DNA of 64,000 nt, taken from NCBI GenBank assembly GCA_963697705.1, contig CAVOPA010000003.1, positions 832,176 through 896,175 of the forward strand, in the 5' to 3' direction. The stretch is from Vicinamibacteria bacterium (GTDB taxonomy: Bacteria > Acidobacteriota > Vicinamibacteria > Vicinamibacterales > JAENWD01). A model generated the notes under the pieces. It did no database searches, was not told where the DNA came from, and saw nothing but the letters and a program-made list of their open reading frames with translations. Made by a program: the position numbers and the translations under genes. Position 1 is the first letter of the stretch. Each line of letters starts with the position of its first letter. This document shows, one piece after another, positions 15,955-26,516 of the stretch.

Positions 15955-18900
15955 CTAGAACTCGAACTTCAGACCGAGCTGCACTCGGCGCATGTCGGGC
16001 GCGAAAGGCGTACGAATGCCCTTGTAGCCGTAGATTGCATCGAAGCTGCTGATGTCGGCATTACCGCTGTCCACGAACATGTTCGGCATGGTTCAGCAGG
16101 TTGTATGCCTCGAAGCGGAACTGAACGGCATAATGGTCGTTGAACCGGATACGCTTGCTGAGCGTCGCGTCGACGTTCCACCATCCCGGACCGCGAAACG
16201 CGTCGCGCTTCGTCATGTCGGATGGATACGGGCCGTAGTCGCTCGTCCCCTGCACCGGGTGCACATACCCGCCGGCGAACGGAACAACCGGTGTGAGGTC
16301 GAGGAGCTTGAACTGGTTCGGGTCTCCCGTGGCCGCCCCGCCCGTCGCGCTCCGGCTGATGCCGACGGGATCCTCCATGCGCATGCAGAGCACGAGGCCG
16401 TTCGTGCAGTCGAAGATCGAGAACGAATAGCCCGTCCTCGCGTTGAACAGGAACGCCATCTGCCAGTCGCCGAACAAGGCCCGCTTGACCCCGTAACCAT
16501 CGTTGAAGAACGGCAGCTGCCAGATCCCGCTGAACGCGACGCGGTGCCGCACGTCGAACTCGGCGTATCCGTAGTCGAGCATCGGGTCGAATGCGTCGAG
16601 GTAACCCAGGTTGAAGTTGTTGCCCGCGATGTTGTCGCTGAACGTGCTGCTCAGGTTGTCCTTCGCCTTCCCGTAACGTGTACGAGCCGTTGAACTGCAG
16701 GCCCGTGTTCGCCACGCGACGGCTTTCGAGCGAGAACTGCACGCCGTGGTACTGCGAACGGCCGCGGTTGCCGCGCGTGTTGAACGCCGTGTACTGCGTA
16801 TTCGGACGCGCGGTTGCGCCGCCAGCTCCCAGGTAGACGAGCGCGGCACCGGGCTTGTTCGGGTCGGCCAGATCGTACAGCTTCCGCCCGAGCGACCCGG
16901 AGTACTCGACCTTCGCGACGAGGTTCGCAGCCACCTCGTGCTGGTACGACAGGCCGTAGAAGTGCGAGTAGGCCGTCTCGATGTTCTGGTCCACGTGCCT
17001 GACGCTGCCGCGCGGGATGGTCTTCGTCACACCGGCCACACCGCCGAACGGACCGGCCGAGTCTACGAAGATCGGCATCGTCGGAACGTCCGTCGGGGCG
17101 TCGATGGAGGCGACCAGATACTGGGGCGGGTTGAACAGCACGTTGTAGGTGACGTTGCCGAAGTTGCGCTCGTACGACATGCCGTACCCGCCGCGGACGC
17201 TCGTCTTGCCGTCCCCGCGGACGTCCCACGCAAAGCCGACGCGTGGCGCCCAGTTGTTCTTGTCGGGCTTCCACAATTTACCGATCGGGCTCTCGTTACT
17301 CGGGAGCACATGTCCGTGCGCGAGGTTCTGGACCAACTCCGCCGGGCTGCTCGTGTTCACCGACGCGTTCGGGTCGCCGTAATAGAAGTTCGAATCGTAC
17401 TTCGGGTCGCTCTTCGTCTGCGGTCCGTAGTACTCGTAGCGCATACCCAGGTTGATGGTCAGGCGGTTCCCGAGCGCCAGTTGTCGTTTGCGTACAGCGC
17501 GAACTCGTTGTAGCGGTTGTTGCTGAAGAAGCTCGGGAGCGGGACCGGGGTCGTGTAAGTCCCACCTGGGAAGCCGCCAGGATTGATCGCCGTCTGGAAG
17601 CGCGCGAGCCGGCCCAGAACGAAGTTGTCCAGGGACGGCAGCTGCAGCCGCAGTCAGGTTCAGCGCCTCGACGGAGTTCGCGTAGGCGCCGAACGTCCGC
17701 TCGTCCTTGATGTGCACGTAGGAGCCGCCGAACCGGAAATCGTGCTTGCCCTTGATCCAGGTCTGGTCCTGATACAGCTGGAACAGCTGCTGCGGGCCTC
17801 CAAACGGAATGGCGCTTCCCGGGCTCCAGGGCAGGTAGCCGGGGAATGCGATGCGGTACCTCTGTAGGCGCACCGGCGTCGTCGGGTTCATGTAGAGCGT
17901 CGGCTGCGGGTCACCGTTCAAGCGGCTGATCTTCCATCAGACGATTCCAGACCACCTTGCTCTGCGCGGTGAACGTGGGCGAGAAGACATGCGTGAACGA
18001 GCCGAGGAGGTTGTGGTTCTTGTTCAGATACCCCGTTTCGAACCCGTCGTACGGACTGGAGGCGTTCGTGCCTGGCTCTGCTTCCTGGTTCTGGTACGCA
18101 TACCGCACGTACAGCTGCGTGTTCGGGCCCATGCTGTAGTCGACTCGATTCACCCACTGATAGTTGTCCTGCGGGTCGCCGCCGCCGGCGTCGATCGGCA
18201 GGCTCTTCTCGACGCGTCCGAACACCGGGAGGTCCGCAGGCAGACTGTTGAAAGCTCCGGCATCGGCGCCCACGATCCCCGTCACGTCGGCGCGGGTCAG
18301 CGTCGGACCGTTGATGTTGGCTCCCCCGTACGCGTTGAAGAACGCCTGGGTCTCGGGTGCGGAAGCCGAGAGGAACTGAGGCGTCGGTACCCAGGAGATC
18401 TCCGTGTCCGCGCTGCGCACGCGGATGTACTCGAGGCTCGAGAAGAAGTGCAGCTTGTCTTTCACCACCGGGCCGCCGATGCTGAAGCCGGTCTGATCGC
18501 GGCGGTACTTCCCCTTGTCGATGTCGTTCGACGTGTTGTCGTAGGAGTTGGCCGTCAGCTTCTCGTTTCGGAAGAACTCGTAGGCCGTGCCGCGGAACGT
18601 GTTCGTGCCCGACTTGGTGGCTACGTTGACGATGCCGCCGGTGGCGCGGCCGTACTGCGCCGAGAAGTTGTTGGTGATGACGCTGAACTCCTGAACGGAG
18701 TCGAGCGGCACGTCCTGGCCGACGGTCGCGTCGAACTCGTTGTTGTTGGCCGAACCGTCGAGCAGGATGTTCGTGCTGGCCGAACGGGCGCCGTTGATCG
18801 AGTATCCGGTGCCGCGGTCCGACGCGAGGTCGCGCGACACGTTGCCCGAGACGCCGACCAGGTCGTAGACGTTTCGCGTGAGGGTCGGCAGCTCGCGGAT

Positions 18901-19343
18901 CTGCGACTCCGATATCGTCGTGGCCTGCTCCGCGTTCACCACGTTGACGGTCGGCGTCTCAGACACGACCTGGATCGTCTCCGACGTGCCTGCCAGGCCC
19001 GAGCTTCGGGTTGAACTCCATGGCGCCGCCCACCGGCACGATGACCTTGCCCGGAGTTCTTCGCAAAACCGGCGAGCTCGGCAGAAATTTCATACGTGCC
19101 GGGCTGCAGGTTCGTGAAAACGAAACGGCCGTTCGAGTCGGTCACGGCCGAGCGCGAGACCCCCGTGCCGACGTTGGTCGCGGTGATCGTCGCACCGGGC
19201 AAGACACCGCCCTGTTCGTCCATGGCCGTGCCGCTGATGCGGCCGGTCTCGGTCTGCCCGAGTGCCAGCGCCGGCACGAGCAGCACCACGGCCAGCAGCA
19301 TCCAGAATGCGCGGCACAACGTCCACGGCCTTCTCGATCTCAT
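15955..19343 (-). pseudogene. CarboxypepD_reg / TonB-dependent receptor-like outer-membrane protein, about 7 frameshifts
   Basis: N-terminus with signal and GRISGTAMDEQGGVLPGATITA...SNGRFVFTNLQPGTYEISAELAGFAK. Plug-like INGARSASTNILLDGSANNNEF. Terminal strand ...RRVQLGLKFEF-stop at 15955. The continuous protein can only be read by switching frame near 19045, 18995, 17920, 17650, 17475, 16680 and 16085. Confidence 0.8.
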
Positions 19344-19584
19344 TGCAAGCCTCCCTCTGGGATGAAATACGGTTCGGGATTGAGCGCGTCAGCACCGAGT
19401 CCAAGGCGTGGGAACGAACCCGGGCGCGCACGACGCAACGTGTATACCAATGAGGTAAAAGTGCCGCAGCGCAGAAATTCCTAGCAAAACGTGGCAATCA
19501 TGGCAACCCTGCCGCTGCGCCTCCTTCCAGCTCCGATGCCGATCCGGATCGTTGGACGCCCGATAAGGCTCGATTCGACTTCCT

Positions 19585-19720
19585 GAACTTACGGGGACGA
19601 ACGGCGGCCCATCACAGCATCCGCGCATGACGGTTCACGTCAGGTTTTACACCATTCGTCCCTGGAATGGCGTCGTTCATCACAGCGCAAGCTAAACCAT
19701 TCATCCCTCAGGACTTACGG
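19585..19720. promoter_or_regulatory. Cluster of TTCGTCCC-type motifs in the divergent receptor-gene spacer
   Basis: ccgttcgtccccgtaagttc (reverse, 19585-19604), accattcgtccctggaa (19651-19667), accattcatccctcaggacttacgg (19696-19720). A related tttcgtccccg lies at 23151-23161 upstream of the third receptor. Confidence 0.4.
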
Positions 19721-19836
19721 TACATCACGTGCTCTAGACTCCACCGCAACGCACTGAGCTGGTGCGGGCGGCCGTCCTCGGGATACCGGCGTTGCCGACG
19801 ACCGATGCCGCACCCATGCAAGGGGAGAAAGAACTG

Positions 19837-22770
19837 ATGAAATCTCGAATTCTAGCCTTCGTCGCGGCCCTGATGGTCGCGAACGCTGGCTACGGATGGG
19901 CCCAGGAAACCACAGGGTCCATCGCCGGCCGTGTGTCCGACCCGCAAGGGCTGGCGGTGCCCGGCGCCACGGTGACAGTCACCGGCGCGCGGGGAGCGCA
20001 GACCTTCACCGCGGACGCGGAGGGACGTTTCAACGCTCCGTTCCTTACGCCTGGCACCTACACGGTTCGGGCAGAGCTGCAGGGCTTCAAGGCGACCGAG
20101 CAGAAGGACGTGGTCGTGCGCCTCGGGCAGCGCGTCGATCTGCCGATCACCATGGCAGTGGGTGGCCTCACCGAAACGGTTGAAGTCACCGGAGGATCGC
20201 CGACGATAGACACCTCGACGACGACCGTCGGAGCGGTGATCAACTCTGACCTGTTGCAGCGCGTGCCGATCGGCCGGCGCTTCAGCGACGCACTCTACAT
20301 CGCGCCTGGCGTGACTGACAGCGGCGCGGGCGCAGCCAACCCGTCCGTCGCCGGAGGCAGCGGCCTCGAGAACCAGTACGTCGTCGACGGCGTGAACATC
20401 ACGAACACCGGCTACGGTGCGCTTGGCTCGTACTCCATCTACCACGGGTCGCTCGGCAATGGCGTCACCTACGACTTCGTGAACGAGATCCAGGTCAAGA
20501 CCGCGGGCTACGAGGCCGAGTACGGGCAGTCCACGGGCGGTGTCGTGAACGTGCTCACCAAGAGCGGCAGCAACAGCCTGCGCGGCAGCGTGTTCGGCTA
20601 CGCGCGGCCCTCGGCGCTCGAAGGCGAGTTCAAGCAGATCCAGACGGAGAACGGCTCCATCAACACGTCCGGCACGCAGACGAGCGACGCCGGGTTCACG
20701 GTCGGCGGCCCGGTGCTGCGCGACAGGATCTTCTTCTTCGGCGCGTACAACCCATCGTGGGAGACGCGCACGATCACCGCGCCGGCCGGCTTCCCGCTCG
20801 AGAGCCTCGGTGAGGTCGATCGCAAGCGGCACATCAACTCGTACTCCGCCAAGGGGAGCGCGCAGCTCGGGAACGGTCACCGCGTCGACGCGTCGTTTTT
20901 CGGTGACCCGGCAAAGGGCGACATGGGACCACAGCGGCTGTCGTCGCTCGTCCGCACCGATACATCGGCGTTCAGCTCACTCGAGTACGGCGGTCACAAC
21001 CAGACGCTGAAGTACGACGGTGTCATCCGTCCGAGCTGGCTCGTCGAAGCGACGTGTCTCGCGCGCGAAGAACAACCTGCAGGAGTTTCCGTCGGTCAAC
21101 TCGTTCCAGATTCAGGACACCACCGTGGTGCCCAACATCGTGAGCGGCGGCATCGGGTTCTACGAGGCGGGCAACGAGGGCATCAACCTGCAGTACCAGG
21201 CCAAGTCCACACACATCTTCGGCGGACACCAGATCCGGTACGGGGTGCTCTACGAGGACATCGAGTACAACAACATCAACCAGTACACGGGCCCGACCTT
21301 CACGCTGTCGGACGGGCAGCAGACGGCGACCGGAGCGAGCGTCCGCGTGCTGAGCGACCCCAATGTCGGGAAGATCTACCGCGCGATTCGGGCAAACCTG
21401 AACACGGACCGCTCGACGACGCAGCAGTACACCAGCTTCTTCGCGCAGGACACGTGGCGGGTGGGCAACCGGCTCACGATTCGACCGGGCATCCGCTACG
21501 AGCAGCAGAAGCTGGTCGGAACGCTTGACGGACTTCAAGTGGAGCGGCAACTGGGCGCCACGCATCGGCGCCACCTATGACGTGCTCGGGAACGGCCGCT
21601 CGAAGCTGTATGCGAACTGGGGCCGCTTCTTCGCCAAGGTGCCGAACGATCTCGCGGCCCGTGCGCTGTCGGCCGACGCGGGCGTGACGCGCGCGGACTA
21701 CTACGACGCCGCGCTGACGCAGCCGATTCCCGAGGGTGTGCCCGCCGGGCCCAACCTCGAGACGCGACACCTGAACTTCGCCGGGCTCTCGCCGTCGGAT
21801 TTCGATCCGGACGCCAAGTCCACCTACCTGGACGAGACGCTGGTCGGGTTCGAGTTCGAGCCGTTCACGAACCTGAACGTCGGCGCGCGGTGGGTCCACC
21901 GCCGGTTCGGGCGGATTCTCGAGGACGTGGGCACCGTGCCGATGGTCGGGTTCTTCCTCCCGGACAGCGGGGCGGACAGCGTCGAGTACTTCATCACCAA
22001 CCCAGGACCGAAGACGCCTGTCGTTCCGATTCCCGGCTTCGACATCAGCTTCGAAAACGCGATCCACGACTACGACGCCGTAGAACTGACAGCAGACAAG
22101 CGGTTCGGCAACAACTGGGGCCTGCAGGCGTCCTACCGCTGGTCGCGGCTGTATGGCACGTTCGAGGGCTTCTTCAGGAACGACAACGGCCAGTCGGACC
22201 CGGCGATCACCTCGCTGTTCGACTTCCCGACCAACGACCCGAGCTACGCCGCGATCGGCGTGCCGGAGTTCGGCTTCCGCGGCGATATCCGGTATCTGGG
22301 GTCGGCCGGCGCCGGTCCGCTCCCGACCGATCGGCCGCACCAGGTCAAGGTGTACGGCAACTACTCGATGAACTGGGGCCTCAACCTGGGCGCGGGCGTG
22401 ACAGCTCGGTTCCGGGATACCGCTCACGGCCCTCGCCGCGAACCCGTACTACGAGAACGAGGGCGAGATTCCGGAAGGGCCTCGCGGCTCGGGCGTCCAG
22501 ACGGCGGACGGGTTCAAGACGCGGACGCCGTTCACCTACGACGTCAACCTGCACACCGACTATGCGGTCAAGATGGGCGGGACGCGGAGGGTCGTGCTCC
22601 TGGCCGACATGTTCAACCTGTTCAACGTGAGGCGCGCGACGGGCTACGATCAGGACACGGAGTCCTCGTTCGGTGCGCTGAACCCCGATTACGGGCAGCC
22701 GGTGATCGCCCGGGTGCCGCAGTTCCAGACGCCGTTCCAGCTGCGGTTGGGCGCGCGGTTCGAGTTCTAG
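19837..22770 (+). pseudogene. CarboxypepD_reg / TonB-dependent receptor-like outer-membrane protein, about 3 frameshifts
   Basis: RBS GGGGAG then MKSRILAFVAALMVANAGYGWAQETTGSIAGRVSDPQGLAVPGATVTV...; ends ...FQLRLGARFEF-stop. Frame switches are needed near 21052, 21522 and 22400. Confidence 0.8.
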
Positions 22771-22780
22771 CAGACAACAC

Positions 22781-22816
22781 GAAGAGGGCGAGCGGGAAGA
22801 CCCGCCCGCCCTCTTC
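22781..22816 (+). terminator. Stem-loop downstream of the second receptor gene
   Basis: GAAGAGGGCGAGCGGG-aaga-CCCGCCCGCCCTCTTC (15/16 paired), 11 nt after the stop at 22770. No strong U-tract. Confidence 0.6.
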
Positions 22817-22908
22817 GATTCGCAACCGGGGTCCCCGGGCGCCGTTTGGGTCCGGGTGCCTGAACAGGCCCGCCCCACTCGCTCGGGCCCCACGGACCTC
22901 CGGCCCCG

Positions 22909-22980
22909 ACCTCCCGCCTCCAGCCTCCAGCCTCCAGCCCTCCAAGCCCCTCAGCCCTCAGCCTTGGTTGGCCTTAGCCG
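22909..22980. repeat. One-armed simple-word tract (CCTCCAG / CCCTCAG words)
   Basis: cctcccgcctccagcctccagcctccagccctccaagcccctcagccctcagccttggttggccttagccg. No complementary arm seen nearby. Confidence 0.7.
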
Positions 22981-23253
22981 ATAGTCTGCTTACCACCCGT
23001 CTCACATCACGACGTAGCAGGGTCCAGTGGACATACCTCTGTGACGAGCTGCATTCAACTTCTTGGATGGCGATCCAGCCGATCCGCAAATTGTCACGGA
23101 TCCGCACTGTTCACCACGGGGATATCGCCTTTCGTCACATCAAGTTAGAGTTTCGTCCCCGATTGGCACGGAGCTTCCTTATTGCTGCGTATCCAGGTGC
23201 CCACCCGTTTTTGCCTGGGCTCGTTTATTTGAACCCCTAGAGGAGGATGGAAG

Positions 23254-26200
23254 ATGTTTAGACGCGCTATAGCTGTGCTGGTGTGTGCGCTGGCGTTCGC
23301 GACGCCAGCTCTCGCCCAGGAGCAGCGAGGGTCGCTCGAGGGCACGATCAAGGACGCACAAGGCGCTGTGCTCCCCGGTGCCGTCGTTGAAGCCCGCAGC
23401 GCCGCCCTCATCGGCGTGCGCACCGAAACGACGGATGCCAACGGCATGTACCGGTTCCCGGCACTGCCGCCTGGCACCTACCAGGTCACGGCAGCGCTCA
23501 GTGGCTTCCAGTCCGCCAAGTCACAGATCGTCCAGCTGTCGGTCGGAGAGGTCCTGAGAGTCGACGTGACGCTCGCCCTCGGAGGCGTCACCGAAGCCGT
23601 CCAAGTGACGGCCGAGTCGACCGTGCTCGACGTTGCGTCCGCCCGCACGGCAACGACGCTGTCGGCGAAGGTCATCGAGGGGCTCCCCCGCGGCCGCACG
23701 TTCAACACACTGCTGCAGCTCGCCCCTGGCGTGCGCGCCGAAACGAAGTCCGGAACGGCGGGCGTCGGCGGCTACCAGTTCGACGGTACCAGCGGCTCCG
23801 AGAACGTGTTCGTGGTTGACGGCGTCGATGTCTCGAACATCCGCAATTCATCGCTGGGCGTCCAGGACGCCATCCCGTTCGAGTTCGTGCAGGAGCTGCA
23901 GATCAAGAGCGGCGGGTTCGAAGCCGAGTACGGCGGCGCGCTCGGCGGCGTGGTGAACGTGATCAGCAAGTCCGGCACCGACACGTTCCGCGGCGAAGCC
24001 CTGTATCAGTTCTCCGGCGATGTACTGAACGCAACGCCCCGCGCGGCCAGTCCGGTTGCGGGTCAAACGGCGACGTTCGTGGGGACCGGCTACCGAAGAG
24101 ATCCGTTCAACGTGACGCAGTCGGAGTTCTTCGAGCCCAGCGAAGACCAGTACACGCAACAGACCTACGGCTTCACGCTCGGCGGCCCGATCGCGAAAGA
24201 CAAGCTGCGGTTCTTCGTCGGGTACATGCCCGAGCGGTACCAGACCGACCGGTCGATCGACTTCGTCAACAGCCAGGGTGTCGTGACGCCCAAGGACTCC
24301 TCGTCCACGGTGCTCCGTCATCGCGGCACGGGCCGTCTCGACTACTCCCCGTTCCAGAAGCTGCAGTTGAACGCGTCCTATTTCTGGAATCCGCAGAAGA
24401 CCACCGGCCTGCTGACCACCAACGACCCCAAGGTGGCACCGCCGACGACTGACCTCGCGAAGCAGGGCGGCTACGTTCCGTCGAATGCCACGACGTTCGG
24501 CGCCAACTACCTGCCTTCGTCGAAGCTGCTCTTCAGCGCGCGATATGGCTACAAGTACGTGAACGACAAGGGCAACAGCTACGGCAAAGACCAGGTGCCG
24601 TACCTCGTGTACAACACCAGCTCGAATAACGGCGGCCTGACGGGCGTACCGGCGCAGTACACGGGAGCGGCCGGCTACACCAACGTCGCCAGCACATTGA
24701 CGACCCAACAGGACCTGCTCACGCGTCACAACGTGTATCTCGATGCCACCTACTTCGGAAACGTGCTCGGCCAGAACCACACGATCAAGGGGGGCTACGC
24801 GCTGAACCGGGTGGGCGACGACGTCCTCACCAACTACACGCAGGGGCGTTTCAACATCAACTGGGGTGAGGGCTACACGCGTGGCTCGATCGTCGACGTG
24901 CGCGGTCCCTACGGCTACTACACGTGGCAGGACGGCGTCCGGCTGAACTCCAAGGTCACGAGCCGCAACCAGGGCCTCTACATCCAGGATGCCTGGCAGA
25001 TTCACCCGCGCATCACGGTGAACCTCGGCCTCCGCATCGAGGACGAGTTCCTCCCGCCCTTCCGTGCGGAGCAGGAAGTCGACGGCCAGCTCGTCAAGAT
25101 CGCGAATCCGATCTCGTTCGGCTGGGGAGACAAGATCGCTCCGCGCATCGGCGGCGCATGGGACGTGCTCGGGAACGGACGCTGGAAGATCGCGTCGAGC
25201 TGGGTGCGCGTCAATGACGTGCTCAAGTACGAGCTCGCACGCGGATCCTTCGGCGGCGACTACTGGCACGACCACGTGTACACGCTCGACAACCCGGACC
25301 TGAACCAGCTCTCGCTCTCGACTCCGGGCGCGCTCGGGCAGAAGATCCAGGAGATCGACAACCGCACGGTGCCCATCAACGCCCAGGGCCAGATCGAGGG
25401 CGTGGACCCGGACATCAAGCCGATGTCGAACAACAACTTCGATGTCTCGACCGAGTACTTGCTCCGTCCCCAGACGACGTTGACGGTGCGCTACACGCAC
25501 AAGCACCTGCGGTATGGGATCGAGGACATCGGCGTGCTCGACGCCGACGAGAACGAGGTCTACACGATCGGCAACCCCGGGTTCGGCGCGACACCGGATT
25601 CGATCCGGACGGCGACCGGCGCCTCGCTGACGCCGCGCGCCCAGCGTGATTACGACGCGCTCGAGTTCCGCGTGACGGGCCGTATGACGCACTTCTTCTA
25701 CAACGCGTCGTACACCTACTCGAAGCTGTTCGGCAATTGGTCGGGCCTTGCGAACTCCGACGAAGCCGGCCGCTCCGACCCGAACGTGAGCCGCGCGTTC
25801 GACCTGTCGCCCGGCAACTTCGACGAGAACGGTCACAACGTCTACGGCCGTCTCGCCACGGATCGTCCGCACAGCCTCAAGCTGTTCGGCAACTACGCGC
25901 TCGAATCGAAGCTCGGCACCACCATGTTGGGGGTTTCGCAGCTTGCCTACAGCGGCACGCCCCTGAGCTCCGAGGTGACGTTCATCGTGCCGGTGCTTTA
26001 CAACGGCCGCGGCGATCTCGGGTCCACGCCGACCTTCACGCAGACCGACCTGCTCGCCTCGCACGCCATTCGCTTCGGCGCCAACAAGCGGGCGGTGTTC
26101 GAGTTCAACGTGACCAACCTGTTCGACCAGGACATCGTGACGAACGTCACGACCCGGTACAACCGCAACGGCAGCGTGCCGTCGACGTTCGCGAACGACC

Positions 26201-26343
26201 TCTACAACGGAACCATCGGTGACGTGACCCGCTTCGTGAGCGCTCCGGGCGGAGCATCGCCGAGCTACAACCCGATCTACAACCAGCCCCTTGCCTACCA
26301 GGAAGGGCGCCGGGCCACTCTCTCGCTCCGCTTCCAGTTCTAA
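23254..26343 (+). CDS. CarboxypepD_reg / TonB-dependent receptor-like outer-membrane protein (intact, 1029 aa)
   Basis: RBS GAGGAGG. Signal MFRRAIAVLVCALAFATPALAQE. GSLEGTIKDAQGAVLPGAVVEA...TDANGMYRFPALPPGTYQVTA. FVVDGVDVSN. Terminal strand RATLSLRFQF. Confidence 0.9.
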   Translation: MFRRAIAVLVCALAFATPALAQEQRGSLEGTIKDAQGAVLPGAVVEARSAALIGVRTETTDANGMYRFPALPPGTYQVTAALSGFQSAKSQIVQLSVGEVLRVDVTLALGGVTEAVQVTAESTVLDVASARTATTLSAKVIEGLPRGRTFNTLLQLAPGVRAETKSGTAGVGGYQFDGTSGSENVFVVDGVDVSNIRNSSLGVQDAIPFEFVQELQIKSGGFEAEYGGALGGVVNVISKSGTDTFRGEALYQFSGDVLNATPRAASPVAGQTATFVGTGYRRDPFNVTQSEFFEPSEDQYTQQTYGFTLGGPIAKDKLRFFVGYMPERYQTDRSIDFVNSQGVVTPKDSSSTVLRHRGTGRLDYSPFQKLQLNASYFWNPQKTTGLLTTNDPKVAPPTTDLAKQGGYVPSNATTFGANYLPSSKLLFSARYGYKYVNDKGNSYGKDQVPYLVYNTSSNNGGLTGVPAQYTGAAGYTNVASTLTTQQDLLTRHNVYLDATYFGNVLGQNHTIKGGYALNRVGDDVLTNYTQGRFNINWGEGYTRGSIVDVRGPYGYYTWQDGVRLNSKVTSRNQGLYIQDAWQIHPRITVNLGLRIEDEFLPPFRAEQEVDGQLVKIANPISFGWGDKIAPRIGGAWDVLGNGRWKIASSWVRVNDVLKYELARGSFGGDYWHDHVYTLDNPDLNQLSLSTPGALGQKIQEIDNRTVPINAQGQIEGVDPDIKPMSNNNFDVSTEYLLRPQTTLTVRYTHKHLRYGIEDIGVLDADENEVYTIGNPGFGATPDSIRTATGASLTPRAQRDYDALEFRVTGRMTHFFYNASYTYSKLFGNWSGLANSDEAGRSDPNVSRAFDLSPGNFDENGHNVYGRLATDRPHSLKLFGNYALESKLGTTMLGVSQLAYSGTPLSSEVTFIVPVLYNGRGDLGSTPTFTQTDLLASHAIRFGANKRAVFEFNVTNLFDQDIVTNVTTRYNRNGSVPSTFANDLYNGTIGDVTRFVSAPGGASPSYNPIYNQPLAYQEGRRATLSLRFQF

Positions 26344-26364
26344 CCGGATTGGGGCAGTAGACGC

Positions 26365-26398
26365 GCCCCGCCACTCCGAAAGGGGTGGCGGGGCTTTT
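26365..26398 (+). terminator. Intrinsic terminator of the intact receptor gene
   Basis: GCCCCGCCAC-tccgaaagg-GTGGCGGGGC followed by TTTTC, 22 nt after the stop at 26343. Confidence 0.8.
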
Positions 26399-26410
26399 CA
26401 CGTACCGGAA

Positions 26411-26515
26411 GGGCTAAAGGCTAAGGGCCAAGGGCTTAGGGACGGCCGGGGTTAAGGCCCAGAACTCGACTAGCCCTCAGCGGTGCCCTTAGCCCTCAGC
26501 CTTTAGCCCTCAGCC
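26411..26515. repeat. Word palindrome, GGCTAAGGGCC-type, between convergent genes
   Basis: Left gggctaaaggctaagggccaagggcttaggg (26411-26441). Right cccttagccctcagcctttagccctcagcc (26486-26515), ending 1 nt from the M14 stop codon. Confidence 0.8.
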
Positions 26516-26516
26516 T

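Noticed and set aside
22771-23253. Cobalamin or other riboswitch in the long, lower-GC leaders of the receptor genes (also 19344-19836)
   Set aside because: I could not find a B12-box-like GCCACTG core or the other conserved riboswitch strings by eye. A covariance-model scan would be needed to exclude one. The region is reported only as containing a shared short motif.
23848-26064. Long antisense ORFs opposite real genes. Examples: 738 aa at 23848-26064 (minus), 574 aa at 27546-29270 (plus), 824 aa at 32528-35002 (plus), 593-aa-scale shadows at 2790-4304, and 449 aa at 49652-51001 (minus).
   Set aside because: Their composition is Arg/Ala/Gly/Pro-rich and low-complexity, typical of stop-poor frames in GC-rich DNA. 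No motifs were recognised. The opposite strand carries clearly identifiable proteins in each case.
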